DNA of 64,000 nucleotides from a virus. Taxonomy: Duplodnaviria; Caudoviricetes. Below are positions 28,967 through 38,528 of this stretch, in pieces. A program made the translations under genes and the position numbers. Numbering within the stretch: the first letter of the stretch is position 1; every line of letters starts with the position of its first letter. The notes under the pieces are model-generated. The model saw nothing but the letters and a program-made list of their open reading frames with translations, had not been told where the DNA came from and searched no databases. The stretch covers positions 96,001 to 160,000 of the IMG/VR virus record IMGVR_UViG_3300028591_000083, one strand, 5' to 3'.

Positions 28967-29216
28967 CTTTTACAGAAATTCCTTCATCCGATCTCACAAC
29001 ATCATATCCATAAACATCCTTTGCAAACTTCTTAAATCTCTCAAAATTATCGTTATTGTTTTCAGAAACTTCTAATTTGATAGATTGTAGCTTGATATCA
29101 ATATAGTTCATCAATCCCCAACTGTATTTTTTGCAATCCGGCAAAACAAACTCATCATCAATCAAATCTTGAAGATGTTTCATTAACTTAGTTTTACTAA
29201 TATATTCTTCAATCAT
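28935..29216 (-). CDS. Hypothetical protein
   Basis: Coupled ORF. Confidence 0.6.
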   Translation of the reverse strand: MIEEYISKTKLMKHLQDLIDDEFVLPDCKKYSWGLMNYIDIKLQSIKLEVSENNNDNFERFKKFAKDVYGYDVVRSDEGISVKELFIKGENHV

Positions 29217-29643
29217 TGTTATTCTCCATTTCTACAATAAGTTCAATTCCAACGCCATAGTAACCGTTATCTTCGCCGGAGAATGTAGTTTCAAGAATTC
29301 GTTTATCTTGTGAGTAAATATAGATAGTGTATGCTCCTTCATAATCACTCCAAGAGTTTTCGTTAATTGTTGTGTTTACTTCAACTCTTGTAATTACATT
29401 TCCTTCTGTACCGCAAGTAATAACCTTGTCAAATAGAAACCAACCATTAGCACATCCGCCACAACCTTCATTAGATTTTACTCTAAGTCTAGTTCCATTT
29501 GAAAGATGTAAAATAAGGTTGTCACACTCTGAGGTATCAATATTTACAATGGATTGTCCATAGATTGCATTACGCACATTTTCAGGAACTTCAAATGTTC
29601 CTTCTTCATATTCATACCTTTTATAAGTAATTAATTGTCCCAT
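29209..29643 (-). CDS. Conserved phage hypothetical protein
   Basis: NEGCGGC.NG and DNGYYG motifs. Confidence 0.7.
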   Translation of the reverse strand: MGQLITYKRYEYEEGTFEVPENVRNAIYGQSIVNIDTSECDNLILHLSNGTRLRVKSNEGCGGCANGWFLFDKVITCGTEGNVITRVEVNTTINENSWSDYEGAYTIYIYSQDKRILETTFSGEDNGYYGVGIELIVEMENNND

Positions 29644-30167
29644 ATCATTTGTTCCTCCACTTCATTACAGAATTTAATAATCTCAAAAATAGTTTCTTTT
29701 ACCTTATCGGTAACTTCATGTTTCAACAATGTTTCAACATAATCATACTCCTGTGTCTTAGTATCAACTTCCTGTTTATACATATCCATCACTTGTCTGC
29801 TAAATGAGAACTGGATTCCAAAGTGTCTATGAATAGTTCTCAATCCTGAATATGCCCCATTCACATAAATATGAATATCTGATATAATCAAATCATATCC
29901 ACAGTAGTTACAATCAACATCTACATTGATTCTAAAGCTGTTGATTGATTTTGGAAACAAGTCTTTAATAGTATTCATGATTCTAATGTGTAAATCTCTT
30001 AGCTGTTGATTCTGGGCTTCTGTTGTTGAAAGAGGAATTCCTGTTGATTCATCTTTTACTTCATACTGCCGAAATAATCCATAATGATCTCCTGATGCAA
30101 CATACCGTTCACAATGATCTCCTGTTGAAATATACGGTTCACTCATCACAAACATCCTCCACAACAT
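29631..30167 (-). CDS. Hypothetical protein
   Basis: Coupled ORF. Confidence 0.6.
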   Translation of the reverse strand: MLWRMFVMSEPYISTGDHCERYVASGDHYGLFRQYEVKDESTGIPLSTTEAQNQQLRDLHIRIMNTIKDLFPKSINSFRINVDVDCNYCGYDLIISDIHIYVNGAYSGLRTIHRHFGIQFSFSRQVMDMYKQEVDTKTQEYDYVETLLKHEVTDKVKETIFEIIKFCNEVEEQMIWDN

Positions 30168-30511
30168 CCATGCTCTGTATTCTCGTTCATTACTTTTAGA
30201 ATATCAGGAATTAGATTTTTGATTTCTTCGTTGTTGATATCATCTAACGCTCCGTGTCTGATATACCATTCTCCGGATTCTACATTTGGATTCCAAGAAC
30301 TATCAAAACTACATGATCCACCTGATGCCCAAAATCTAGGATAATCACAATTACTTCCAAATCCGCCAAATGAAACTTTCTTACCGTCAATCTCTACAAT
30401 AAGTTGTCCCATGCAAAGACACGGATATTTACCATCATATGAAACAAACTTTAACACTTTATTCATTCCTCCTATTCCAAGAATCAACCAATATCTTCCA
30501 ATCAAAAGCAC
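30146..30511 (-). CDS. Conserved phage protein (YDG.YP.LC.G ... GCCGGC)
   Basis: Motifs visible; start likely MNKVLK. Confidence 0.7.
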   Translation of the reverse strand: MLLIGRYWLILGIGGMNKVLKFVSYDGKYPCLCMGQLIVEIDGKKVSFGGFGSNCDYPRFWASGGSCSFDSSWNPNVESGEWYIRHGALDDINNEEIKNLIPDILKVMNENTEHGCCGGCL

Positions 30512-30713
30512 TTGCTTCTGAATTTCTATTCATGCCGTTTATATATCTGAAATAACATCCTTCTTTGTGATTTACAATTAGATAGTATGAGGAATATTTC
30601 TTCGCTGTTTCAAAATCAATATCACCTTTCCAACTAGTACAATCACAATATAGAATTGGATATTCGCCACAGAACGGACACGATTTCATTGTCATTTCTT
30701 CCGGAATAATCAT
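30459..30713 (-). CDS. Lar-like restriction-alleviation Zn-finger protein
   Basis: K.CPFCG...WNRR. Confidence 0.6.
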   Translation of the reverse strand: MIIPEEMTMKSCPFCGEYPILYCDCTSWKGDIDFETAKKYSSYYLIVNHKEGCYFRYINGMNRNSEASAFDWKILVDSWNRRNE

Positions 30714-30934
30714 TTCTTCCCTTTCTGCTTTTTAAGCCACTCAAATAAATCTGGTGGAGTTCTGTCCTTATGTAGCATTTCATAAGAACCATTCTCAAAC
30801 TTCCATAGCTTATAGGATTCTCGCCGTTTGTCAGATGTTACGAAATAAACATTCTCTCCACCCTCTTTAATCGCAACGCTTTCCCAAACAATTTCAGAAG
30901 TAGGAATCTTATTCGGCATTTTTAATCTCCTCAT
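30710..30934 (-). CDS. Hypothetical protein
   Basis: Coupled ORF. Confidence 0.55.
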   Translation of the reverse strand: MRRLKMPNKIPTSEIVWESVAIKEGGENVYFVTSDKRRESYKLWKFENGSYEMLHKDRTPPDLFEWLKKQKGKK

Positions 30935-31151
30935 TCACAGAAGCAATAATACTAGAATAGCAAATACTATACTTATCATTTCTAATATAGATTGAATATG
31001 TGAATTTATTTACATATTCTACAAAGATATCGGCTGATTCTAAAGTATCTGCTCTTTTAATTCTTCTAACGCACTCATCCACCTTATCGGCAGTTGTATT
31101 TCCTGCATTGGCAAATAATTTATCATTGATTCTTTTGAAAATAGCCATCAT
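30909..31151 (-). CDS. Hypothetical protein
   Basis: First ORF after promoter. Confidence 0.55.
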   Translation of the reverse strand: MMAIFKRINDKLFANAGNTTADKVDECVRRIKRADTLESADIFVEYVNKFTYSIYIRNDKYSICYSSIIASVNEEIKNAE

Positions 31152-31209
31152 TTTGATCTCTCTTTCTTTTCTTTATTTTTCGTGGAACTGCATTCACATC
31201 CACAAATAT

Positions 31210-31238
31210 AGTATAACACATAGTTAAGGATTTGTCAA
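31210..31238 (-). promoter_or_regulatory. sigmaA-type promoter
   Basis: TTGACA-17-TATACT. Confidence 0.85.
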
Positions 31239-31261
31239 GAGTTTTCTGGCAAATTTCTAAT

Positions 31262-31291
31262 AAAAAACTCCACACTTTCAATGTGGAGTTT
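31262..31291 (-). terminator. Intrinsic terminator
   Basis: aaaactccaca...tgtggagtttt hairpin. Confidence 0.75.
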
Positions 31292-31322
31292 TGTTTGTTA
31301 TATACAAAATAACTACAGACTG

Positions 31323-31847
31323 TTATTCATCCATAAAGTAAATTCCTTTACTGTTAGAAAATTCAATCAATGAACTGTTGTACTTATGGATCATCACATA
31401 TCCAAGAATAAGAGAAATGAATGTGCATGAATTTACAACTCTTTCATCAAATGCAATAGTAAGATCATAAACATCTTCTTTTGGTGTCCACGGAAACTTT
31501 TTTACAATAATTTCTTTCAAGTCATCATCCGTATATTGAAGTTCCTTTGATGTGTTATAAATAATATCGGCTACTTGTTTGTGTGCTAGTAAAAGTTGCT
31601 TCGCAAAAGATCTTCTTGCTTTACCTTCAGCAGATGGATTATTCAACTCATCACGTTCGGTACAGGCAGAATAATCCACATCAAAAAGATAAGATGCTAC
31701 AACAGAATAAAGATCATCACCATTCATAACTCTATCGTAGATCTCCTCAAGAACTCTGATACATTTCATATTCCCTGTGATTGCTTCGATTTCATAAAAT
31801 TCTGCCATAATAAAATTCCTCCAAATTAAAATAATATAAATAAACAA
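31323..31847 (-). CDS. Hypothetical protein
   Basis: Start likely MAEFYE after GGAGG. Confidence 0.65.
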   Translation of the reverse strand: MFIYIILIWRNFIMAEFYEIEAITGNMKCIRVLEEIYDRVMNGDDLYSVVASYLFDVDYSACTERDELNNPSAEGKARRSFAKQLLLAHKQVADIIYNTSKELQYTDDDLKEIIVKKFPWTPKEDVYDLTIAFDERVVNSCTFISLILGYVMIHKYNSSLIEFSNSKGIYFMDE

Positions 31848-31851
31848 GACA

Positions 31852-32274
31852 TCAATTCTTGTTTTCCCACCAAACAGTGAACCAACGACAATCTTCTAAT
31901 TCAAGTCTAACTTTGTATCCAAGACCTTCAAGCTCCTCAATAAGTTCTTCCCTAGGTATCACCGGATCTTCATAAATATTGTATAGATGAACTTCACAAT
32001 GATCTTCTCCATTTGAAATAGCTTTATTTATTGCTCTGTAAACTTTTTTCCAACTAGGATTTCTTACTGAATTTCTCAAAAATCTTGCGTCATCGGCTGT
32101 TGGAATAGAATTATCTTGTGTTGGAATAAAGCTATAGTCTGTTGGAATAAAGTTAAATTCTTTTGAAATTTCGTTATTGTGATCTATTTGTCTTTTTATA
32201 TCGTCTTGCAGCTTCGCAATAGTTGCCATAAAGACTAAGTTTAGAATAAGTGAAATTACAAGTGCATATATCAT
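31852..32274 (-). CDS. Membrane-anchored hypothetical protein (similar to 40737..41144)
   Basis: N-terminal TM; IPTA...KAI..G...L..LGY...W. Confidence 0.6.
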   Translation of the reverse strand: MIYALVISLILNLVFMATIAKLQDDIKRQIDHNNEISKEFNFIPTDYSFIPTQDNSIPTADDARFLRNSVRNPSWKKVYRAINKAISNGEDHCEVHLYNIYEDPVIPREELIEELEGLGYKVRLELEDCRWFTVWWENKN

Positions 32275-32278
32275 ACTA

Positions 32279-32605
32279 TTACTCCTTACTGCAAACAGTT
32301 CCAGAGAAATTCAAATCTAGTTTGATTTCATTTCGTGAAAACATCTTTCCAGAATTTCCATATTCACAGAAAACAGGGTCATAACCTGCTGTATATGAAA
32401 CTAAATGTCCTTTGAATGGAATAATTTGTAATTCATTTCCGCGCTTTACTTTAATTTCAATTTTAATAGGCTCCATAAGATAATCACCAAGATCTACTTC
32501 AAGAATGTTAGCATATCTTACCTTTGTATTACAGTAAGTGCAGAATCCATCAGAAGTCAACTCTCCACCACAGTTAGGACAATTTGTTTGTAAGACTTTA
32601 TTCAT
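32279..32605 (-). CDS. Zn-ribbon protein
   Basis: CPNCGG...C.YC. Confidence 0.65.
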   Translation of the reverse strand: MNKVLQTNCPNCGGELTSDGFCTYCNTKVRYANILEVDLGDYLMEPIKIEIKVKRGNELQIIPFKGHLVSYTAGYDPVFCEYGNSGKMFSRNEIKLDLNFSGTVCSKE

Positions 32606-33297
32606 GTCCAGTATCCCTCCTCTTTAAGTTTACTGATTACATCATTGATTCTTCTATATATTTTTAATAGTTTAGTGTTTGTAAACTCACGATAGCTTTC
32701 ACTCTTCCAAATATCAGGAACAAGGTCAATTATTTTTGAAGTATCAATACAAAACATTCTTTCATAGTTATAGTAGTTTTCTGGTACTGCATTAACTGGA
32801 ATAAGCATATCTACAATTAGTTGATCCTTAAATAATGTCAAACTAAAAGCTACAGATTCTTGCTCAATTTCAAATTCACAACGAGTCTCAAGCGAGTCTG
32901 AAAATTCTCTTGAAATCATATTAGAACAGCAACAGCCTTCATTTTCTGCCAAATAAAAATCAACAAATGCTTGCTTTAAATCAAAGTAAACCCGTCTTAA
33001 AAAGGCATCATAGTCTAGGTTATTCATATACTCTTCTCGTGAGGCAACATGCTTTAATACCCGAACCTCACCACTAAATAAATTATTTCTCGTTACACAA
33101 AGACCATTTTCAAACAAAAGATCATAAGGTGGTTGATCTATCGCTTTCAGAACAGAGAAATAGTATTTCCTATCTTTTCCTTTTCCACTGCTAAGAAAAT
33201 AAACGTCACCAACAATAAATTCCATTTTAATTTTCCTCCTTGTTTTTACAGTTATGACACATATAATGATCAGACTCAACTTCACATTCAGAACCAA
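32602..33297 (-). CDS. Hypothetical protein
   Basis: Start likely MEFIVG. Confidence 0.6.
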   Translation of the reverse strand: MVLNVKLSLIIICVITVKTRRKIKMEFIVGDVYFLSSGKGKDRKYYFSVLKAIDQPPYDLLFENGLCVTRNNLFSGEVRVLKHVASREEYMNNLDYDAFLRRVYFDLKQAFVDFYLAENEGCCCSNMISREFSDSLETRCEFEIEQESVAFSLTLFKDQLIVDMLIPVNAVPENYYNYERMFCIDTSKIIDLVPDIWKSESYREFTNTKLLKIYRRINDVISKLKEEGYWT

Positions 33298-33739
33298 TAT
33301 ATTTGATATGACAATTCACTTTTAGACGGAACTCATGAATGATATCTTTTAAGATTTTTGGGTTATTGATGCAATCATCAATATAAATGTAAACATCATA
33401 ATGAACGAATATTTCATCGTTGCATATAGGGTTTACAATTACTCTACCACGAGGAAAATAATCATAGCTTACAGTACATCCATTTTCCAATCTATAGTTG
33501 ACAAATTTATCATTCCATATTCTTTTATGTTCCAATGTTGTTGATATCTTCTCGCCTGTATCCACTTGTTTTGTAAAAGCTACAAGCTGTTCATTGATTA
33601 TCCAAAATATTCCCTCACTCGGAATATATGGCATATAATCTTCATACAATTCCGCCAAGAAGTGATTGCGGTTTTCCAACATTTTCACGATTTCTTCCTG
33701 CGAAGGTATTCTTTTATTCATAAAAAATCCTCCTGACAA
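33227..33739 (-). CDS. Conserved hypothetical protein
   Basis: GIFW, H...W, YDYFPRGRV, HY.CH.C motifs. Confidence 0.65.
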   Translation of the reverse strand: MSGGFFMNKRIPSQEEIVKMLENRNHFLAELYEDYMPYIPSEGIFWIINEQLVAFTKQVDTGEKISTTLEHKRIWNDKFVNYRLENGCTVSYDYFPRGRVIVNPICNDEIFVHYDVYIYIDDCINNPKILKDIIHEFRLKVNCHIKYIGSECEVESDHYMCHNCKNKEEN

Positions 33740-33754
33740 TTCCTGTATAAATAT

Positions 33755-33783
33755 AGTATAACATACTATTAAGGAAATGTCAA
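33755..33783 (-). promoter_or_regulatory. sigmaA-type promoter inside an inverted repeat
   Basis: TTGACA-17-TATACT; 20-bp arms at 33725 and 33772. Confidence 0.8.
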
Positions 33784-33806
33784 GAGGATTTGAAAATAAT
33801 TATGAA

Positions 33807-34322
33807 TTAACAATATTGCTTAATCAGATCTCCGATAATGAAATGAAGTTTATCATCTGAAATTGTTCCTTGATTGTTCGCCAGTCCAACACTGTCACAA
33901 AGTTCGTGCTTTGATGTAATTTCAAATGTGAACCCTGACGGAGTTTTATCTACATTTACGGCACGAATGCAATCAAGTGCCGTTTCTACATTATCTAGGA
34001 ATCTAAGCACAATATCATAGTGAACAGCTTTATCGTGAAATGTCCAACAGAAGCTAGACTTTTCTTCACGGATGATGACATCAACTTCATATCTATAGCC
34101 AATAACTCTTTCCTGAACCTCTACTGGTCTGTCAACCGTATAGTTTACGTCACATTCTCCTCTTTTGTTTATAGCATTCATACTATCACAGTACATCACT
34201 GCATCTGCCTCAGTCAAGAATGCCGTTACAACTTTTGAATAACCTCTTTCATTGTAAACGATTGGAAAAATAGTCATACTTCGCTTAACTCCTTTACATT
34301 TTTTGCACAAACTGTGTAACAC
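33807..34322 (-). CDS. Hypothetical protein
   Basis: Start likely MTIFPI. Confidence 0.6.
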   Translation of the reverse strand: MLHSLCKKCKGVKRSMTIFPIVYNERGYSKVVTAFLTEADAVMYCDSMNAINKRGECDVNYTVDRPVEVQERVIGYRYEVDVIIREEKSSFCWTFHDKAVHYDIVLRFLDNVETALDCIRAVNVDKTPSGFTFEITSKHELCDSVGLANNQGTISDDKLHFIIGDLIKQYC

Positions 34323-34456
34323 AGTTTCATCTTTTCAGCTAGTTCTTTTGTGTCCTCGTTATTGTCCGATTTCTGATTTAGTTCCCAAATCAAAAGACCT
34401 AGTTCTTCTAGGTACTTTAGTGCTTCTTCTGCTTTTTTCTTTGTGGATACTTTCAT
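34274..34456 (-). CDS. Hypothetical protein
   Basis: Coupled ORF. Confidence 0.55.
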   Translation of the reverse strand: MKVSTKKKAEEALKYLEELGLLIWELNQKSDNNEDTKELAEKMKLCYTVCAKNVKELSEV

Positions 34457-34459
34457 TTG

Positions 34460-35068
34460 TTAAATTTCCTTTCTAATTTGAATAGAGTTTTGCTTATGAT
34501 CTACAACATAGTTGTAAAATCCGTAACAGATTTCAAATTTTGCATCCCTGATATCTTCTTCATTGGATACAACTAAATCAGCTAATTTTCTAATCTCCAT
34601 TAGATTGAATTTTTCGTTATCGTCTTTTAGTCTGCGATTCCATTCTGTCTGGTCAAATGATGCTCTGTGCTTAGCACGTTTCTCTCGTGTGGCATCACTT
34701 GCATCAACATAGACAACATATACATTTTCTTTGCCGTATTCTTTTATATAGTCTTTTGTTCCTTGAATATCAACGATTGTTCCATAGTTTACCTTTGTTG
34801 GATCTACTCTTGCTGAACCATAATACCAGATATCTTCTTTTCCGGCAACACAGGTTTTATACTCTCTTGTTTGAAAGAACTTACCATGATTCTTCATATC
34901 TTTGAAATATTGTTCACTCACAAAGAAATAATCAACGCCGTTACTCTCGTTTCCTCGCTTTGGTCTAGTGGTATGAGATATGATTTTCTGTACGAATTTA
35001 TCTTTTACAAGATCATTTAGAATTGTATCTTTTCCACTTGCTGATTTTCCACATAGAATAAGAATCAT
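34460..35068 (-). CDS. gmk: Guanylate kinase
   Basis: GKSASGKDT P-loop, SHTTRPKR..E.NGVDYFFV, WYYG. Confidence 0.9.
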   Translation of the reverse strand: MILILCGKSASGKDTILNDLVKDKFVQKIISHTTRPKRGNESNGVDYFFVSEQYFKDMKNHGKFFQTREYKTCVAGKEDIWYYGSARVDPTKVNYGTIVDIQGTKDYIKEYGKENVYVVYVDASDATREKRAKHRASFDQTEWNRRLKDDNEKFNLMEIRKLADLVVSNEEDIRDAKFEICYGFYNYVVDHKQNSIQIRKEI

Positions 35069-35106
35069 TTAACTGAGCCTCCGTGTTAATTTTTCTACAT
35101 ATATAT

Positions 35107-35135
35107 ATTATAACACATCTTACTAAAAATGTCAA
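35107..35135 (-). promoter_or_regulatory. sigmaA-type promoter overlapped by hairpin
   Basis: TTGACA-17-TATAAT; taacacatcttact/agtaagatgtgtta arms. Confidence 0.85.
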
Positions 35136-35166
35136 GTAAGATGTGTTATAATTTTTTGATTTAATT

Positions 35167-35418
35167 TTATTCTTCGTTTGGAATAATAACTATAAACTTA
35201 GGATCAACAAAACATCTACATCTTGATCTTTCAATCCCATGTTTGGAGAACTCGTTGAACTTGTTAAAGACTTTATCGAATGTATTTATAAACTTACTCA
35301 ATGCGTCTACATTCGCTTCTGACAATGAATAGTCACTCTTTTGACACCTAAGTATATCGACAATTAGTTCTATATCATCAATCATGAAATATCCTTCGGG
35401 AAGTTTTACATCTTTCAT
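35167..35418 (-). CDS. Hypothetical protein
   Basis: Coupled ORF. Confidence 0.55.
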   Translation of the reverse strand: MKDVKLPEGYFMIDDIELIVDILRCQKSDYSLSEANVDALSKFINTFDKVFNKFNEFSKHGIERSRCRCFVDPKFIVIIPNEE

Positions 35419-35419
35419 T

Positions 35420-36235
35420 TTACTCTCCTTCGTTATTCACAACGTAAACCATAGCATTCTTAATAACTCCTTGATTCTTAAAAGGACAGTTATTCTTATT
35501 TGAATAATACAGATCTACAATATAATCTCCACCGCTACAATCGTCAACAAAGTAATATCCACTAAGTTCCGGAAACTCTGGAACATCCATATAAATAGTT
35601 GTTTGTTTTCCTTTATATGAATATCCACACTTAGGGATAATTCCTTTCACGCCCATAACAATACTTTTACTAGCTACTGATCCCATTACTCCGGAGCTAG
35701 TTGTTGAACAGTCAAGAAGTGTTCTTCCAGAACCACCTTTCAAACCATTCGGATTCTGATTCTTTGTTGGTGTATAGTATGTGAGTTTGAATACACCTAC
35801 TGGAATCAAATTATCGGCAATATCAGTTTTTGTTGCTTTTGTTGTGGTAGTTGTTACTTTCTTTTTTGTTGTTGAAATAGTGGTTGTTACTCCGGCAGTC
35901 GTTGTTCGTTTTAGTGGTAAAGTTGTATTGTCTTGTGCTGTTGATGTTACAACTTCGATTTCTGTAATACATGAAGTTGTATTGGTTGTGGTTTCTGCAA
36001 CAGAAGTTGTATTGGTTTCCGTGGTTTCAGTATCACTTGTTGATTCTGTAATAGTTTCTTCTGTTGTGCTTGTGGTTGTGTTTGTTGTCGTTTCTTGTGT
36101 TTCATATGATGTACCTACAATACTATTATCATTTGTTTCTCCTGCCGGAATATTGAAGAAACAAACCATAATAATAAATGTAAGTAGAACAAACATCATA
36201 ATGAACGCAATGTAAAAACCTTTCTTGAATCTCAT
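35420..36235 (-). CDS. Membrane-anchored 3D-domain-like (peptidoglycan-acting) protein with Thr-rich stalk
   Basis: N-terminal TM, poly-Thr linker, G.FKLTYY...VA...VDD.....VDLY. Confidence 0.65.
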   Translation of the reverse strand: MRFKKGFYIAFIMMFVLLTFIIMVCFFNIPAGETNDNSIVGTSYETQETTTNTTTSTTEETITESTSDTETTETNTTSVAETTTNTTSCITEIEVVTSTAQDNTTLPLKRTTTAGVTTTISTTKKKVTTTTTKATKTDIADNLIPVGVFKLTYYTPTKNQNPNGLKGGSGRTLLDCSTTSSGVMGSVASKSIVMGVKGIIPKCGYSYKGKQTTIYMDVPEFPELSGYYFVDDCSGGDYIVDLYYSNKNNCPFKNQGVIKNAMVYVVNNEGE

Positions 36236-36255
36236 AGATATCTATCTCCTATTCT

Positions 36256-37200
36256 TTAATGTGCTTCAATATCGGCTTGGTGCAACAATTCAAGTAAAGC
36301 TCTGAATCTCTTTCCGTTATACTTTTCAAAGTTATCCAACTTGAAATTCTCATCAAAGAATCTCATGTGATTCTGAATCAGTGTAGCAACAGAAATTGCT
36401 TCTTCATCTGTTGCTGTAAACATATTGCTGAGATATGGATTTGACAATTCGCCGCACAAATACAAATATGCACCAACCTCTGCATGATTATAGTAATGTG
36501 CATGATCGTCAATCTTTCCGGAAAATGTTTCATAAGTCTTACAAATTGGCTTACCGATATCGTGATATAATGTTGCCATATTTAGAATTTTTCGGTCTGT
36601 ATCACTTAAATCCATATACATTGTTAATTCTACTACTCTTTGATATGCTTTCTCCATGTGTTCTGAAAGAGTAAGTGTATGATTTGGATTATCTTGATCC
36701 ATTCCAACTGTTTTCAGAAAATAATCTAATGCTTTATTTTTATTATATGGATGTCTTGTATAATAAACAGCTTCAAATCCTTCTTCTGTGGTAGGGACAG
36801 TCATGTGTTTTAACATTCTCATAATAACTTCTTCTGGCACTTTTCTTTCTCTTTGTGCATTTTGTTTCAAACACACATCAAGTTCGGTACACATAAGAAT
36901 TGCTACTTTTCTAATTTCTTTCGGAATTGTATTGAGAAATGCCCTACGTCTTTTTCTCGAAAGATTTGTTGCATCGTACACTACATTCTTTCCGGCAACA
37001 AACAACTTCTTAATCCGGCTATGAACTTCATTAAATACTTCATTATTATGTGTTTGATCATTTTCATCTTCAAACAGTTCTTTTCTGATTTCGTCAGAAG
37101 ATACAATCTCAGTATTACCGTCATCATTGATAAGAGCTTCATTTGCATGATATGATTTTCCTGAACCCGGAAGTCCTACCATCATAAAAAGTGTTTGCAT
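36256..37200 (-). CDS. Polynucleotide kinase (P-loop) fused to HD domain
   Basis: GLPGSGKS, SSDEIR, YDATN..R..R; H..TL.EH, LYHDIGK, HAEVG, HM, QAD. Confidence 0.88.
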   Translation of the reverse strand: MQTLFMMVGLPGSGKSYHANEALINDDGNTEIVSSDEIRKELFEDENDQTHNNEVFNEVHSRIKKLFVAGKNVVYDATNLSRKRRRAFLNTIPKEIRKVAILMCTELDVCLKQNAQRERKVPEEVIMRMLKHMTVPTTEEGFEAVYYTRHPYNKNKALDYFLKTVGMDQDNPNHTLTLSEHMEKAYQRVVELTMYMDLSDTDRKILNMATLYHDIGKPICKTYETFSGKIDDHAHYYNHAEVGAYLYLCGELSNPYLSNMFTATDEEAISVATLIQNHMRFFDENFKLDNFEKYNGKRFRALLELLHQADIEAH

Positions 37201-37209
37201 TTCTATTAT

Positions 37210-37617
37210 TCACCCTTTCAGCATTCTTCTTTTCGTTGAATTTATTTCTTTATTTAGTTCCTTTATTTCTTTTTCTAACTTTTTAATTTTTGCTTCTTTC
37301 CACAACACGTCTTCCATATTTAATTCAAGGATATATACATCTTTATCAGCATGAATAATATCTTCTGTATTCTGAAACTTGTTTCTGCGACTAGAATCAA
37401 ATTTTTGTTTTTCTAAACAAGAAGATGAACAACGAACTATGCATTTAGGACTGTGACATGGGCTTTTCATTTCATATTTAGCATATTCCCACAATCTATC
37501 ATACTGATCTTCTGTAAGTTTAATCATCGCACACCTCAATGCTTTCTTCCATAAAATTCTTAAAATCTTCGCAAACTTGTGTGTACTTACGTGAAAGTTC
37601 TTCATATTCACTACCAA
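37210..37617 (-). CDS. Hypothetical protein (tandem paralogue)
   Basis: Start likely MIKLTE. Confidence 0.55.
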   Translation of the reverse strand: MVVNMKNFHVSTHKFAKILRILWKKALRCAMIKLTEDQYDRLWEYAKYEMKSPCHSPKCIVRCSSSCLEKQKFDSSRRNKFQNTEDIIHADKDVYILELNMEDVLWKEAKIKKLEKEIKELNKEINSTKRRMLKG

Positions 37618-37891
37618 TAGTAATCATGTTTGAATATTTGGTGCAGAAATCTTTTATAATGCTGTTGTCAAGCATTTTTAGCACATCCGAGAATTTAGAA
37701 TTCCTCTCTTCCTTAAATGCACGTTCTTCTCGACATCCACAGCACTCCCATCCAACTCCATGTGTAATGCACAACCCATGATGACTACCTTCTCTACATG
37801 GATCATTTTGCATAAATCTGCAATATTCTACCAAGTTACCGTATTCCTTGTTCGTTATCCTTGTTTTCATGTATGATCTACTCCTACTCAC
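37520..37891 (-). CDS. Hypothetical protein (tandem paralogue)
   Basis: L.EY...M..PC...CCGC. Confidence 0.6.
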   Translation of the reverse strand: MSRSRSYMKTRITNKEYGNLVEYCRFMQNDPCREGSHHGLCITHGVGWECCGCREERAFKEERNSKFSDVLKMLDNSIIKDFCTKYSNMITIGSEYEELSRKYTQVCEDFKNFMEESIEVCDD

Positions 37892-38157
37892 TCATCAAAT
37901 CTTGTTTCAATCATGGCGTGAATTCCGTAAAGCATTTTTCTAGCGTTCTCTTTTGCATCAGAAGCGTGTTCAAGAAATTTCTCCGCATTATACAAATTGA
38001 TTGATGCATCAATATAGCTATGAATAATTGGATCTTTGATAATTTCTTTGATATCCTTATATTCTTTGAAATCCTCAACAGAATCACCTGTATCAATCAA
38101 ATATTTAATAAGGCGATCAACCTTTTCCTTTTCTGTAAGTGTGATTTGAACTTTCAT
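37888..38157 (-). CDS. Hypothetical protein
   Basis: AGGAGG RBS. Confidence 0.6.
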   Translation of the reverse strand: MKVQITLTEKEKVDRLIKYLIDTGDSVEDFKEYKDIKEIIKDPIIHSYIDASINLYNAEKFLEHASDAKENARKMLYGIHAMIETRFDE

Positions 38158-38226
38158 TTACTTAGTCCTCCTTAATAAAATAATTGGCATACTCTTCATA
38201 TAGATTCTTAACCATATTTCTTTACA

Positions 38227-38526
38227 TTACCACCATATATAGATATAGAATTCGTGTGGCATTTTATCCTCATTAATCAGTTTTTCAAAAGCCTTATAAA
38301 TCTTATTATAGTTGGTCCATTCAGATTCATCCTCACTGCAATCTTCTGTCATTTCTTCAATGTTTACATCATCAATATAGCACATAGATCCATTTCCGTC
38401 ATCCCCGTATAGAGCCTCAAAAATTTCATGTTCGCTAAGACCTGTCATTTCTGTAAGAATAGGGTACAAATCATTAATATCGACTGTATCCCTTTTATTA
38501 AAAGGTACGATATATTTATTGTTCAT
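38227..38526 (-). CDS. Hypothetical protein
   Basis: AGGAGG RBS. Confidence 0.6.
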   Translation of the reverse strand: MNNKYIVPFNKRDTVDINDLYPILTEMTGLSEHEIFEALYGDDGNGSMCYIDDVNIEEMTEDCSEDESEWTNYNKIYKAFEKLINEDKMPHEFYIYIWW

Positions 38527-38528
38527 TT

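Noticed and set aside
35840-36110. Low-complexity GTT-rich tract
   Set aside because: Encodes the Thr-rich linker of 35420..36235.
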